A stretch of DNA of 64,000 nt from the human T2T-CHM13v2.0 reference genome, Homo sapiens (GCF_009914755.1 NC_060925.1); one strand, 5' to 3'; shown: positions 1 to 12,520, counted from the stretch's first letter. Notes: generated from the sequence alone by a model not told the origin. Numbers and translations: made by a program.

Positions 1-140
1 CCTGACCTCTGTGTGCTTTGGTCTCTTCATCTCAAAATTGGAATTTTAATATACTTACCTTAAGGATTGTGCTAAGAGTTAAGTGAGATGTTCTGTGTTC
101 AAGCACCTAGAAAAAATAAGAACTCCAATATTAGCTATTG
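1..140 (+). mobile_element. MIR SINE relic (3' part)
   Basis: 'ctcttcatctcaaaattggaattttaatatacttaccttaaggattgtgctaagagttaagtgagatg' resembles the MIR core and tail. Confidence 0.6.
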
Positions 141-923
141 CTGTGAGTGAATTGTAGTCAGTCCACAGATGATAACACTCGCCTTCCTCATTTCCTTGGG
201 GTCATCTCTTTTGACTTTCTGCTGCCTTTTCAAAACTTTTACACTGTCTAAGGACAACAGCCCTACCTGGCTCTCTCACTCTAAGAGATGGTGGGAAGGA
301 CAGTTTCACTCTCGATTTCCCTGTTCTCCCCTCAAAACACACTCTTTCTTCTTAGCCCCCTCTGCTGTTTCTGAGAACACAGTGCCCCATTTCTTTCCAA
401 AGCTAAAACCTCTCTGGCAACAGAGAACCCGACTGTTATGGATTCAGCAGTTGACGGTTGACCTCCAGCAGGTTGGTGCTCCATCAGTAAGCCCATTCCT
501 CTCTCCCAGCTGCAGTAACTCCTTCCTGTCAGCCTCCAGCCCTGCTCAAGTCTTCTCTGGCTCTGTGCATTTCTTCCTCCAATGTGCAGAGCCAACACCA
601 CCCACTTCTTTCCTTCCCTGCATAAATGAAACTCCCCTCTCTCTGATTTTTACTCCCCCTTCCTCTGCTGAAGCAGCTGGTTTGATGGCCACCAAAGGAG
701 AAAGTTTTTCTCCATCTTATTCTATTCTAGTTTTTTGTGATTCTGTGTTACCTCTATTGACAGATTGTTTTCTCTTTTCTGATGGTTTCTTTATAGTCTT
801 CTTTTGCTTTGCTCAGGTTGTTCCTGTAAGTATCTCCAGGGATTCTAGACTTGGCTTGTTCAGTTTCTCACACTGTACTGAACAACCTCATGTAAACCTT
901 CAAGCCCATGATTTATCATTTCG

Positions 924-1226
924 TTGTTATTGTTGTTGTTTTTGAGACAGAGTCTCACCCTGTTGCCCAGGCTAGAGTGCAGTGGCCCGATGAAGGTTCA
1001 CTACAGCCTCGACCTCCTGGGTTCAAATGATTCTCTACCCTCAGCATCCCAAGTAGCTGGAACTACAAACACACGCCACCATGACTGGCTAGTTTATTTA
1101 TTTTTCTGTGGAGACAGGCTCTCACTATGTTGCCCAGGCTGGTCCTGAACTCCTGGCCTCAACTGACCCTCCTGCCTTTGCCTTCCAAAGTGTTAGAATT
1201 ACAGGCAAAAGCCAGTGCACATGGCC
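924..1226 (-). mobile_element. AluJ-type SINE
   Basis: Reverse-complement Alu with J-like features (cactacagcctcgacctcctgg, ctatgttgcccagg) and a (GTT)n-degraded tail. Confidence 0.9.
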
Positions 1227-1375
1227 ATTATTTATCATCTCTCTGCAGGTCATTCCTTGACTATCCTTCTGAGGCTGGAATTTCCAATTGCTTTTTGAAA
1301 TTCTCACACCATTGCCTTTTCATTCATTTATTCATCCACTCAAAAATATTTATTGAGTGCTACCGAAACATGTTT

Positions 1376-1430
1376 AAAACTATCTACTTAAATAAAATAA
1401 AAAATAAAAAAATAAAAAAAAAACTATCTA
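1376..1430 (+). mobile_element. Solo poly(A) micro-retroinsertion with 11-bp TSD
   Basis: AAAACTATCTA at 1376-1386 and 1420-1430 flanks a 33-nt A-rich insert; preceded by TTT|AAAA, the L1 endonuclease site. Confidence 0.65.
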
Positions 1431-1937
1431 ATTATCTCTCTCCATCCCCACTCTCATCTGCATTTTGTCCTGCCTTTTCTCTGGGTAAATGATATCCTTT
1501 TCTTAGGAGCAGAAGCTAATTTTATTTCTTTGTAATCTCCCAAAGTGACTTAGTATAGTTTCTAGAACTAAATGGGACTCTATAAATACTGTTGAATTAT
1601 ATTGAGCTGAAATCATACATGAAGTGATAGACAGTTATGAGAAGGACCTTAGAGGACACACATCTATTCATTCTTTGGCAAAAACACAAATAGACTCAGT
1701 TATCAATTAATACCTCTCTTGCACTAATTTTACTTTTAGCATTAAGATTCTAAAATTCTATACAAGTAGTGCAGAAAATTTATGTAATAGGCCTAAAAAC
1801 ATTAATTTTAAAGACGGAAATAGAATTGTTCATAGAGAGGACTATCCTTTGTCTAGCAAAAGACCTTGGATATGAAAGATGAAATCTCCAAAGCTAACTT
1901 AATTTGTATAAGAAATGTATCAAGAATTGAAAGCTAT

Positions 1938-2225
1938 TACATGCCTGTAATCCCAGCACTTTGGGAGGCCAGGTCGGGCAGATCACTTGAGACCAGGAGG
2001 AATTTGAGACCAGCTGGCCAACATGGTGAAACCCCATTTCCACTAAAAATACAAAAGTTAGCCATATATGTTGGCGCATGCCTATAATCCCAGTTACTCT
2101 GGAGTCTGAGGCATGAGAATCGCTTGAACCCAGGAGGAAGAGGTTGCAGTGAGCAAAGATCATGCTACTGTACTCTAGCCTGGGTGACAGAGGGAGACCT
2201 TGTCTCTAAAAATAAAAAAAGAAAA
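1938..2225 (+). mobile_element. Alu (S/J type, slightly 5'-truncated)
   Basis: Dimeric Alu with A-tail; flanked by AAGAATTGAAAGCT / AAGAATTGAAGTCT. Confidence 0.92.
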
Positions 2226-2242
2226 AAGAATTGAAGTCTGAA

Positions 2243-2889
2243 TAAAAAAGAATGAGATTATGTCCTCTGCAGAAACATGGAGCTGGAAACCATCATCCTC
2301 AGCAAACTAATGCAGGAACAGAAAACCAATCCTACATGTTGTCACTTATAAGTAGGAGCTAAATGATGAGAACTCGGACACAAAGAAGGGAACAGCAGAC
2401 ACTGGGCCTGCCTGAGGGTGGATGGTGGGAGGAGGGAGAAGATAAAAAAAATTATTAAGGCCGGCTGCAGTGGCTAACGCCTGTAATCTCAGCACTTTGG
2501 GAGGCCGAGGCGGGCAGATCACAAGGTCAAGAGATTGAGACCATCCTGGCCAACATGGTGAAACCCTGTCTTTACTAAAAATACAAAAATTAGCTGGGCG
2601 TGGTGGTGCATGCCTGTAGTCCCAGCTACTCAGGAGGCTGAGGCAGGAGAATCGCTTAAACCTGGGAGGCAGAAGTTGCAGTGAGCCAAGATCATGTCAC
2701 TGCACTTCAGCCTGGCGACAGAGGGAGACTCCGTCTCAAAAAAAAAAAAAAAATTATTATTGGGTACTAGGCTTAGTACCTGGGTGACAAAATAATCTGT
2801 ACAACAAACCCCCATGTCATAAGTTTCCCTATATAACAAACCTGCACTTGTACCCCTTAACCTAAAATAAAAGTAAAAAAAAAAAAAAA
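2243..2889 (+). mobile_element. L1PA13-16-like 3' end fragment, interrupted by an Alu
   Basis: L1 ORF2 end and 3'UTR text (gaatgagattatgtcc...aacctaaaataaaagt plus polyA); TSD AAGAATTGAAG(T/G)CTGAA at 2226-2242 and 2890-2906. Confidence 0.88.
2459..2752 (+). mobile_element. AluSc-like, nested in the L1
   Basis: gatcacaaggtcaagagattgagaccatcctggccaac; TSD aaaaaaattatta. Confidence 0.92.
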
Positions 2890-3749
2890 AAGAATTGAAG
2901 GCTGAAAGCCAGAAGGGAAGTGAGAAAGAGGAGCTCAGGGCAGTGAAATGAAGTGGAAATGTTGTCAGGGAACTCTACATATAAGGGGTTAAGAGTGACC
3001 AGGTGAGTTTTAAACACAGGGATGTCCCATATTTGGTTTTAAGTTATTGGCTGTGCAGTGTTGTAATTGGATGTAACTCCCATCCTATATCAAATTATGT
3101 TTACATAATTAAGAGAGTCCACTAAAGTGATTTTTCCTGAGCAAAGAAAGTCTGCTCTGTGTTCTGATATACATTTTTAAGCACCTCTCACTCATCATCC
3201 AAAAGTGTCAGCTGGGTTCCACCTACTAATGACCAGTTATTCTATGAGATGATCTGAAAGATTATAGAATGGCTAATAAAGGGAGTAGCAAAAGCCTGTC
3301 ACACAATGAATACTTGAAGAGCTACCAGGCGTCTGTTTGACAGAGGGGATTGCCCTGCATGGCCATGAGATGTGCGTGACTCACCCTGGAGAGGGGAGCT
3401 CCTGTACAAATTGACCATTCATGGTCTTAGTTCTGAACTGCCTTTCTGGACCCTTCTTTCTGTTTCTCCTCTACTTTTGATGCTCTGAGCTAGCAAGTTT
3501 GATGTCCTTCTTCTGTTCCCTATTCTAGGTCTGGGCTTGATGTTCACCGATTTTCCCTCAGCTCCGACTGTGGCTCCTCTCAGCTGACTCTGACCCTGCT
3601 CTCAGCCGGGCTGCATCTGCCCATCTCAGGTAAACATGGCTGAGCCTAGGTAAACTGTGGGACCTCTCAGCTGGAGCTCCACTCCTGTGCGTGGAACACC
3701 TGGCTGGTTTGGCAATTGAATTAGACACTGGGAAGGCATGAGCTGACAT

Positions 3750-4050
3750 CGCTCTTCCTTCAAATATTTGGAAGGGGCAGTTTCCTTATTCACTACGGCC
3801 TCGAAGCAGAGAATGAGGAATACTGGGGCACTAAAAGGACTGAGTGTAACTTAAAACAAAAAGGCGCTCGACAGCAGCCAGAGCTACCACAGCTGTCATT
3901 TTGTCCTCACTGAAAGGGCTCCAGCAAAGGCTGGATAACCATCAAGTGGCAACACTCTGGGAACGTTTGCAAAGGGAGCCACGCATCCTACAGATAATTT
4001 TACCAGCAGGTTTGCAGGTTCCTTCAACACTGAGCTTCTCAGATTCTAAA
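3750..4050 (+). mobile_element. L3/CR1 LINE 3' relic
   Basis: cttcaaatatttggaagggg...aggctggataaccat...ggttccttcaacactgagcttctcagattct resembles the CR1/L3 3' end. Confidence 0.5.
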
Positions 4051-4093
4051 CTTTTATACTTCTTTGAGTTAAAAAAAAAAAAAAGTCAGATGC

Positions 4094-4386
4094 AGCTGGG
4101 CGCGGTGCCTCACGCCTGTAATTCCAGGACTTTGGGAGGCCAAGGCAGGCGGATCACCTGAGGTCAGGAGTTCGAGACCAGCCTGACCAATATGGTGAAA
4201 CCTCGTCTCTACTAAAAATACAAAAATTAGCTGGGCATGGTGGGGTGCACCTTTAATCCCAGCTACTTGGGAGGCTGAGACAGGAGAATTGCTTGAACCC
4301 GGGAGGCGGAGGTTGCAGTGATGAGATCATCCCACTGCACTCCAGCCTGGGCGACAGAGCAAGACTCCCTCTAAAAAAAAAAAAAA
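4094..4386 (+). mobile_element. AluSp/Sq-like
   Basis: Full Alu containing gaccagcctgaccaa; TSD aaaaagtcagatgc. Confidence 0.93.
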
Positions 4387-5074
4387 AGTCAGATGCTTGA
4401 CTAGAAGGGACAACTCGGAGTGAGAACTGGAGGGTCATTCGTGTGTGGTTGTTGCCAAGGAGGAAATTAAAAACTGAGAAACAGGAGAGTTAAAATCTAA
4501 GTTGGGAGAGGGGAACCTCAGATCCCTTCTGAGGATATAGTTAAACTGTCTGTGTTTTCTGTGCCAAACAGAGCAGCTTAGACCTAAAGAATGTCAGCAA
4601 TTTTCATCCTCCCACACAGCTACTTTATAATAATTAGTTTTACTACTTTTTTTCACAAGCTATTACTTTAATTATTTTAATTAAGTTGTTCATGCACTTG
4701 CGTTGCTTACAAGCACTTTTCTTTTTATAGCACATCAATAAACAGCAGAGGGAAACTACCACCTTGGAAGGAGCCAGGCAGTTTCTGCTGGGTAGGCCGC
4801 AGCCTGGAACATGGAAGTAGCTTCTTCCATCCTACACTGGAAACCACCCAGCATCCCGGGCCCTCCAGAGAAGAGCCAGACTCCCTTCCCTGGGAAGAGA
4901 CTATAGTCCTATCTGTATCCTCCGTGGTCATTGCCCCTCAGTCACAGCAATGAAGAGCAAATTACCTGTTTTCTGTATGTTCCTCTGACAACAACTGCCA
5001 CAGAGTAAATATGAAAGGTTCTGGATGATTCCTTGTCAGCTTTTATTAAAATTCCACATACTTGGCATTTCTTA

Positions 5075-5225
5075 GCTATCTGGGTTGACTCCTGGTTCCA
5101 CCCCTTACTAGTTGCGTGACCTTGAAAAAGTGACTTACCTTCTCACATTCTCAGTTTCCATATCTGTCAAGTGTAGGTAAAAGCACCAAACTGGTAGAGT
5201 TATTTTGAGAATTATATGAGTTCTG
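5075..5225 (+). mobile_element. MIR
   Basis: cttactagttgcgtgaccttgaaaaagtgacttaccttctc...tcagtttccatatctgtcaa core. Confidence 0.75.
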
Positions 5226-6202
5226 AGTGAGAGGGTGCTAAGACCTTGCTGGTTAGAGTGGTTTTTCAATCCTGATCACCTCCTTCTCCCTCTTAGCTTC
5301 TTTTCTCCTCCCCCTCCTGCTTCTAGTCTAGGCTTCTGGCAATTTTGACGTAACAAAAGTGGGATTCCTTCATTCCTGACTTCAGAGCTTTTCCTTACTT
5401 CAGTATTGCATGATAATTCTCAAGCCTGTTCTTTACATAAATACAAAAAGGAGAAAGTGAAATAGTAGAGGAACCGACCGATTTGAAGGAGCTGCCACTA
5501 TTTGATTCCTCCTGTTAGGACATCTGAATGACCCCAAGTTCCTGTTCTTGAGGCTGTTGTATCATATTCTTAAAAGCTATGCATGCATTCTGCTTTGAAT
5601 GTGTCCCTCAGCCTCATTCTTCTCCACTTGCTGGGGGCCATCCCGCCCCACGGGAAGGTAAGTTCAGGCTCAGAAGGAAAGACACGACAAAAAAATCTTG
5701 CTTTTATTTTTGTTGTCTAAAATCATGTTTCATGCTCTTCTTTGAATAAAATCCAGGACTCCAGAGATGACCTGTTACTTTTCTTTCAGCAAGTCTCTAA
5801 TTTGCCGAGGAGTAAACTTGTAATGAAAAGAAACCAGAACTCCCCAAGGTAGCTCCCCCTCACAGTCATTCCTCAAGGCAGGGGATCTTTAGAGCAGACC
5901 TCAAGAACTCCATCCTTTCTGTGAAATAGGGCTGCTAACTCAACACCTGTTAAGTATGATTTTTTAAAATATATTTTTTGTTAAAACTTTGATTAATAGA
6001 GACAGAAACTTTCACTCCAAAACCTTTGCTATGATTAGATCTAGAACAGAGACTATTTGGTCTACGTTTGAACTGAAAAGTTTGCCCTTGACCTCGTGAA
6101 TTGTATTGTTCTAATTAAAGTGATAACTGCAGTATTAGCTTTTATATAATTCCAATAACCAAATCGAGACTGCCCATTTAGGTTTTCAAAAGGAATCTGT
6201 TA

Positions 6203-6301
6203 GCACCATCTTGTGACTATTTTGGTACCGCTTAAAGAACAAAATTTTCAGCCTGAGGCTTGCTTGTGTTCAAAAAGGCGTCTTCTCGCGCCCTCTTGTG
6301 A
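6203..6301 (-). promoter_or_regulatory. Two same-orientation CTCF-like motifs
   Basis: Minus strand TCACAAGATGGTGC (6203-6216) and TCACAAGAGGGCGC (6288-6301) versus consensus CCASYAGRKGGCRS; motif match only. Confidence 0.4.
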
Positions 6302-6439
6302 TGTGTTACAAAACTGGGAGAAACAACAGATACAGGATAACGCCTGTGGTTCCAGGAATTGCTCTTCCTGCTATCATAGCTATTAGTGATTCTTTGAAAA
6401 ATCACGGCTATTAATAAAAATCACTTCTATTAATTTTGC

Positions 6440-6500
6440 TTGTAAGTTAATAAAGCAAATTACAAAGCAAATATATGTAATTTGCTTTATTAATTTACAA
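6440..6500. repeat. AT-rich inverted repeat, 25-bp arms, 11-nt loop
   Basis: ttgtaagttaataaagcaaattaca / tgtaatttgctttattaatttacaa, one mismatch. Confidence 0.85.
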
Positions 6501-6561
6501 ATATAAAGTAATATGAGAAATAACAATAAAGTCTCATTGTAACCTCAAAAATGGAAATCAA

Positions 6562-6815
6562 GGTAGGAGGCTGAGGAGGGTGGATCACGAGGTCAGGGGT
6601 TCGAGACCAGCCTGGCCAACACGGTGAAACCGTCTCTACTAAAGATACCAAAAATTAGCCGGGCGTGGTGGCACGCTCTTACTTAGGAGGCTGAGGCAGG
6701 AAAATCGCCTGAACCCGGGAGGTGGAGGTTGCTGTGAGCTGAGATTGTGGCGCCACTACACTCCAGCCTGGGCAACAGGGTGAGACTCTGTCTCAGAAAA
6801 AAAAAAAAAAAAAAA
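6562..6815 (+). mobile_element. AluSg-like, 5'-truncated with a small internal deletion
   Basis: gatcacgaggtcaggggttcgagaccagcctggcc; lacks the first ~40 nt and ctgtaatcccag of the right arm; no TSD found. Confidence 0.88.
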
Positions 6816-6904
6816 CCCACAAAAAGTTAAAGCTGGCCAGCCAAAGAAAACATAAACTATACTTATGCTATTTCCTCACAGCAGCAGCACTTTGGTTCGT
6901 AAAT

Positions 6905-6924
6905 GGAAGTGCCCGCCATCTTGG
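6905..6924. promoter_or_regulatory. Adjacent ETS (GGAAGTG) and YY1 (CCGCCATCTT) motifs
   Basis: ggaagtgcccgccatcttgg read directly; function not shown. Confidence 0.3.
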
Positions 6925-6944
6925 TAACTAAGCTTTCTACACAC

Positions 6945-7117
6945 TAGGTGCTGCTCTAATTTTGTCACATGTGCATTCGCACCACAAAGAGGTAAGCCCT
7001 TTACCATAATCCTCATTTCCCAAAGAGAAAACTGAAGCACAGAGAGGGAACTGCCAAGGGCCAGTGACTGGTCAGTGACAGAGCTGGCGGGTGAAGCTGG
7101 GACTGAAGGCCAGCCAC
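6945..7117 (-). mobile_element. MIR
   Basis: atcctcatttcccaaagagaaaactgaagcacagagag...gtcagtgacagagctgg. Confidence 0.7.
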
Positions 7118-7765
7118 TGCAGGGGCCGAGGGAGAGCTTTCCCCTTGTTTCTCTGAAGGTTCTCTGAAGAAATCAACTAGCAAAAAGCAGGTTAATTGGA
7201 AAAAAGGCATACACATCTATTTAACATGTATATATGGGCGCCTTCAGAATGAAGACTCAAAGATAAAAGAGAAATTGTCCATTTTTATGCTTAGGTACAC
7301 CACAGTATGGACAGCCATGTAGAAATATGACTGGATGAAAAGAGTATGATCCAATGCTAATAGACTGAATGGGGACGCCCAGCAAAGCCTGTCTGTCTGG
7401 ATTCTTCTTGGCCTCCTGAGCACCATTCCTTCCTTCTGGGTATAGGGCAGGACCCTGTCTGGAATGGGGGGGGCGGTTATACGACTCATAGTCAAACAAG
7501 GTGGGTCAGATAATTTCTTTATAGCCTGTTTTTATGCAGAAAAGTGGAGGGAAAATTAAAGTAGTATTTTTCAGTTTTATGACTAGCTTTGGGGAGAAAA
7601 GATTCTGGTTTCTATGACCTGCCTTGGGGGCAGAGGGATTCTAGTTTCTATGACTAGCCTAGGGCAAGTATGGCACTGATAGGGCGGAAGGGCAGGGAAA
7701 CGGTTTTGCTTCTAAGGGTGCTTCCAAGGCCTTCATTTTGAGGCATTGATTTCTGAGCCCCAACA
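7118..7765 (-). mobile_element. ERV1 (MER4-group, MER31/MER39-like) solo LTR
   Basis: Minus strand starts TGTTGGGGCTCAGAAATCAATGCCTCAAAATG and ends in CA; about 650 bp; exact subfamily uncertain. Confidence 0.7.
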
Positions 7766-8039
7766 CACCCCTACTTCACACTACCCACGACTGTGACTTT
7801 GGGCAGGATTTTAGTGTCTATTGCCACCTGCTTTTAACCTTCATTGTTCTCCTAGCCCTTTAGCAATGTCATCTAAGCACTTGGTAAACGGTGGTGTGAG
7901 TCCTGAAAAAAGCACCTGAAAAACCTCGCATTGGAAGTGGACTTTAGGTGTGATACAATTTGAAGTGCAATATAAGAGATATTGATAAAATCTCATTTTA
8001 ACCTCTAAAATGGAAACAAAGAATATCCTTCCCATTTTT

Positions 8040-8671
<632 letters not shown>

Positions 8672-9299
8672 TGGAACATACTATGAGAGAGTTGAGAAAA
8701 GGTAAAAATTAAAGTAGCATTATAGCCGGTATAATGTTAATATCTCCAAGTTGCCCTAAGGCAGAGAAGGAATTGGAAACATGAAACATTGCCATTGGCT
8801 TGGCTGAAAGGTCATTTCCCAGAAAAGTACCATGAAACTACCATGTTATATGTCATGCAGGCTAAGTATGCAGCCCTTATGTTGATTCCTCTGGAAAAAA
8901 CGATCTTGAGTGTGTAAGATTTTCATGATTGCATTGTGTGATCGCATCATAAAATGTGCTATGTTTTCAGAAAATTTGAAAGACTTACTCTCATGATTTC
9001 TTGACCTTCAGGTTATCTGTGGGCTCAGAATTTGAACTTAATTTATTATCTCACTTAGTTTTCTCTGAACCCTTCTTCATGGGCTCTTCTTGGTTAATAG
9101 TTACAATTCCTCCTCATATTTGGTATTAGCTCAAAGATTTAAATATCCTCCTTCCACATACAGAATCTTCTAAGAGTTTTCAAGTACAGCCTCACCTCTT
9201 CCACCAATATCTATGAATGTCTCAATACCCTAATTTAAATATTTCACAATTTCACCCCTTTTCATTACCATTTTTTACCTGTTCCTGTTTTTCATTATC

Positions 9300-9530
9300 A
9301 ATATTTCATTCAGCACTCATTTGATAATCACCTATTTATATTACAAGAACTTAATATAAATTAATATTTATATATATTTATATTAAGAGCCAGGGATACA
9401 AAAAGCATTAAGCTGGTCCCTAAGGAGCCCACCTGCAGTCTGGTACAGAAGAGGAGAACAGAGAAAAACAGGCATTTGCCAGGCAAAGGGTACCCTCGGC
9501 AGAACGAATAACATATGCAATGACCAGAGC
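9300..9530 (-). mobile_element. L2 3' relic
   Basis: ttcattcagcactcatttgataatcacctat...ggtccctaaggagcccac...gtctgg. Confidence 0.5.
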
Positions 9531-10149
9531 TGTGAATGGGTCTGGTTCCTTTCCATTCTTGCCTTCTGGTGTTCCCCAAAGGCGGAGCTCTTTCCCTCTT
9601 GCTATGACAGGCAGGGCCACCACATCAGGAAACTCATTTTCTGTAACCACAGCATGGCTTTTGCTCCAGGCTCTGCCCCTCCTCCATTCACCCCTCTCTC
9701 ATCTGCTTCATTCTCCCTTTCTGCTTCATCTCTGTCCTCTGTGTCTCAGCCCACCCTCATCTATTGTCCTATGGCCATTATCACTAGTCAGACACAACCG
9801 GCATCTGTCCTAGAATCTGGCAAGGGCCTCCTGACTGCTCTTGGACACCATCTCTCCTCTTTGCAAACTGCCTGAACAGAAGCTATGTGACATGGATTGC
9901 AAATCACTTCCTTATGCCCAGCTGCAGGGCAACTATGTGGTATTTTCAGCCTTGCATGGGATGTAAGCTCTGTGGCAAGGAAGCAGTGGGGTGGGGGTGG
10001 CTGTGGCTACACTTGGTGGCTATGTCACTGCCACTGAAAAGCCAGGCCCCTGTCCGCGGAAGTCCAGGTTGATTTCCTCCCTTGCTCTCATTCTCCCCAT
10101 TCTTGCCATGGCCCGCCCGGCCCCAAATGCCCAGCCCTCACCCCTTTCT

Positions 10150-10520
10150 CACCCTCCCTTCACCCCACGCCTTGTTGTTCCTCAGATACTGCAAGGACAC
10201 TCCCATCTCAGGCTCCCTGTGCTTACCTAGTCCCCCAGTCCCCATTCTTCCCCTTCTTAACTGCATGGTTCTCTATTTTCTCCAAATCACTTCTTGAATG
10301 TCACCTTTCCTGAGAAGTCTCCTCGTCAGCCCTCATAGAATAGCACCCTCATGGTTCCCGGTAATTCTTACCCTACCTGACTTATTTCTGTCTGTTTACT
10401 TTCTGTCTCTCCTCCATGAGAGCAGGGCCTTTGTCCATTTTGTTCTCTGCTGTCTTCCCAGGGCACTGGAGAGTGTCTGGCATGCACTCAGTCCTCACTG
10501 AACACTGGCTGAATAAATGG
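10150..10520 (+). mobile_element. L2 3' relic
   Basis: aatgtcacctttcctgagaag...ctccatgagagcagggcctttgtc...gtgtctggcatgcactc...tgaataaatg. Confidence 0.8.
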
Positions 10521-10619
10521 TGGAAGAATCAAGTCCCCTTTCTGCTCCCCCTAACAGAATTGATATTCCCAGCCAGGAGGTTCAGGTGAGGTTTTCCCAC
10601 CTCTGGGTGCTGGGTAAGA

Positions 10620-11098
10620 GTGGGAAAGGGGGAATGTGATGGCCTGGAAGTCCTATCCTCTTAGCAGCAGTCATGGCTCCAGGATGTGTACCTCCCCAAG
10701 TCCAAGTTGAACAGCACAGGGGGTGGTTGGTTCAGGACTGGGAAGATGGCCTATGTCAGTCCAGTCCAGATAAAGCTCCTTTAGCTTGATGGTTATGGGA
10801 ATGGGAAGCTCTCTGGTCTCTAGATGGGCATAAGTGAGCCTGGTAACAGTAGTATAGCTGCAGGTACTTTGCTAAGAGGAGAAACCCCAGCTTGAAAATT
10901 AGGTCAAAAGCTGAGCCAATAGCATCATAGACATAGAGAGCCAGAACCTTTACCACAGTGTCAAACTTTCCGAATTCTGCTGGATCTCTACAGCTTCTGG
11001 GCTCCGTGTTTTGTGAACTAATCGATTCTTATATTGTTTAAATCAGCTTGAGGTTAGTTTTTCTTTTTTGTGTAGTTTCAAGCATGCTAACTGGTACA
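10620..11098 (+). mobile_element. Old ERVL-type LTR relic (LTR16/LTR33-like)
   Basis: 3' end ttgtttaaatcagcttgaggttagttttc...ctaactggtaca is typical of these LTRs. Confidence 0.4.
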
Positions 11099-11789
11099 CT
11101 GCTCTTAAAATGTCACCAGGCCCTGGTAATGTTTGAAGAAGGACATTCACAAATTAGAATATTCATTCTTTATTGAATGAATGAATTCACTCATCAAGTA
11201 TTTATGGTGTTCCATACACATACTTTAGAGAGTGAGCAAAACTATTAGGGATAGCAAACCTATCTTATTTGAGGGAAAATGATAAGAAATGGGGAGTGTT
11301 TGACCTCAAGGAGAGAAGACTCAAAAGGGCCATGATAATGTCTTCGTGACGAATGTAGTTTCATATGTTGAAGGGTGTGATGGGTTGAGATATAGATTTA
11401 GCTGGAAACTGCTGGAATACATGATTGTCTTCACTCTGTTTTGGCTGCCAACCCCTTCTCCTAAGGTACCAGAGGGAAATATATGAAATATATTCACAGA
11501 GAACAAAGCAAGGCAAGGCAAATCATGCAATTGGCTCAGGGATCAGCTTCAAACAATATGTTTCCTTTCAAAAAAAGAAGAGCTCCTTACCTAAGTTAGA
11601 CTGGTCTGAATGGGCTGGGATCAAGGCAAGACAGAGGTCCTCTTCTGGTCTCTTCTCTTCCAAAGTCCAAACACTTAACATAGACCTTACCACTCCAATG
11701 GGAAGAGAGGATGCCCATGCCCATTCAAACCATATGGGGAGAACAATGCAGGAATAACAGATACAAGTGTGTCTATATCTTCCCCTTCC

Positions 11790-11993
11790 ACTCCCGCGTC
11801 AAGTTTTCAGATGAGATCATAGCCCTGATCAACAGTAGAACTGCAACCTCATGAAAGACCTTGAGCCAGAGGTACCTAGCTAAGCCATGCAGGGATTCCT
11901 GACCCACATAAACTGTGAGATAATAAATTTTTGCCATTTTTAAGCTATCAAGTTTCAGGGATAATTTGTACACAGCAATAGATAACCAACACA
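11790..11993 (+). mobile_element. MLT1 (MaLR) LTR 3' part
   Basis: ttcctgacccacataaactgtgagataataaa...tttgtacacagcaatagataaccaacaca. Confidence 0.8.
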
Positions 11994-12309
11994 AATTGGT
12001 ACACAGAGTTTCATTATGTCAATTTAGGTTATTTCCAAATTGTAATCTAGCATTAAACATCTTTGTATGTATATTTTTTGTGTATTCCTGAAGGTAATTG
12101 TGTAAGATAAATTATTAGACATGGAATTGTTTACTCCTATTTTGAATTATAATCAGTACTGTCAAATTACTCCCCTCCCCGAAAGATTACATACCCGTTA
12201 TACTCCCAGTAAAAGTTTCTGAGAGTGCCTCTTGCCCTATAACCTTGCCCATAACAAATACTACAGATCTTTATCATTTACCAATTTGAAATAAAAAAAA
12301 TAGATATCA

Positions 12310-12520
12310 TGTATTGATTGCTTGCTCCATGCCAAGCACTGCCCCAGGGCTTTAGATGCCTTTCTCCACTTGATCATTGCAACAACCCTATGATGTAGAT
12401 ACTATCATTACTCCCATTTTACAAAGGATGAAAACAAGACTTGATAAGATTAAATCATAACTAAGCAGTAGAACAGACAGACTCAGGCAGTCTGACTTCA
12501 GAATCTGAGCTTTCACGACT
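12310..12520 (-). mobile_element. MIR, within an old L1M fragment
   Basis: aacaaccctatgatgtagatactatcattactcccattttacaaaggatgaaaac. Confidence 0.75.

Noticed and set aside
169-945. 258-codon ORF
   Set aside because: Ser/Phe/Leu-rich translation of pyrimidine-rich DNA that runs into an Alu tail; no recognisable domain or exon structure.
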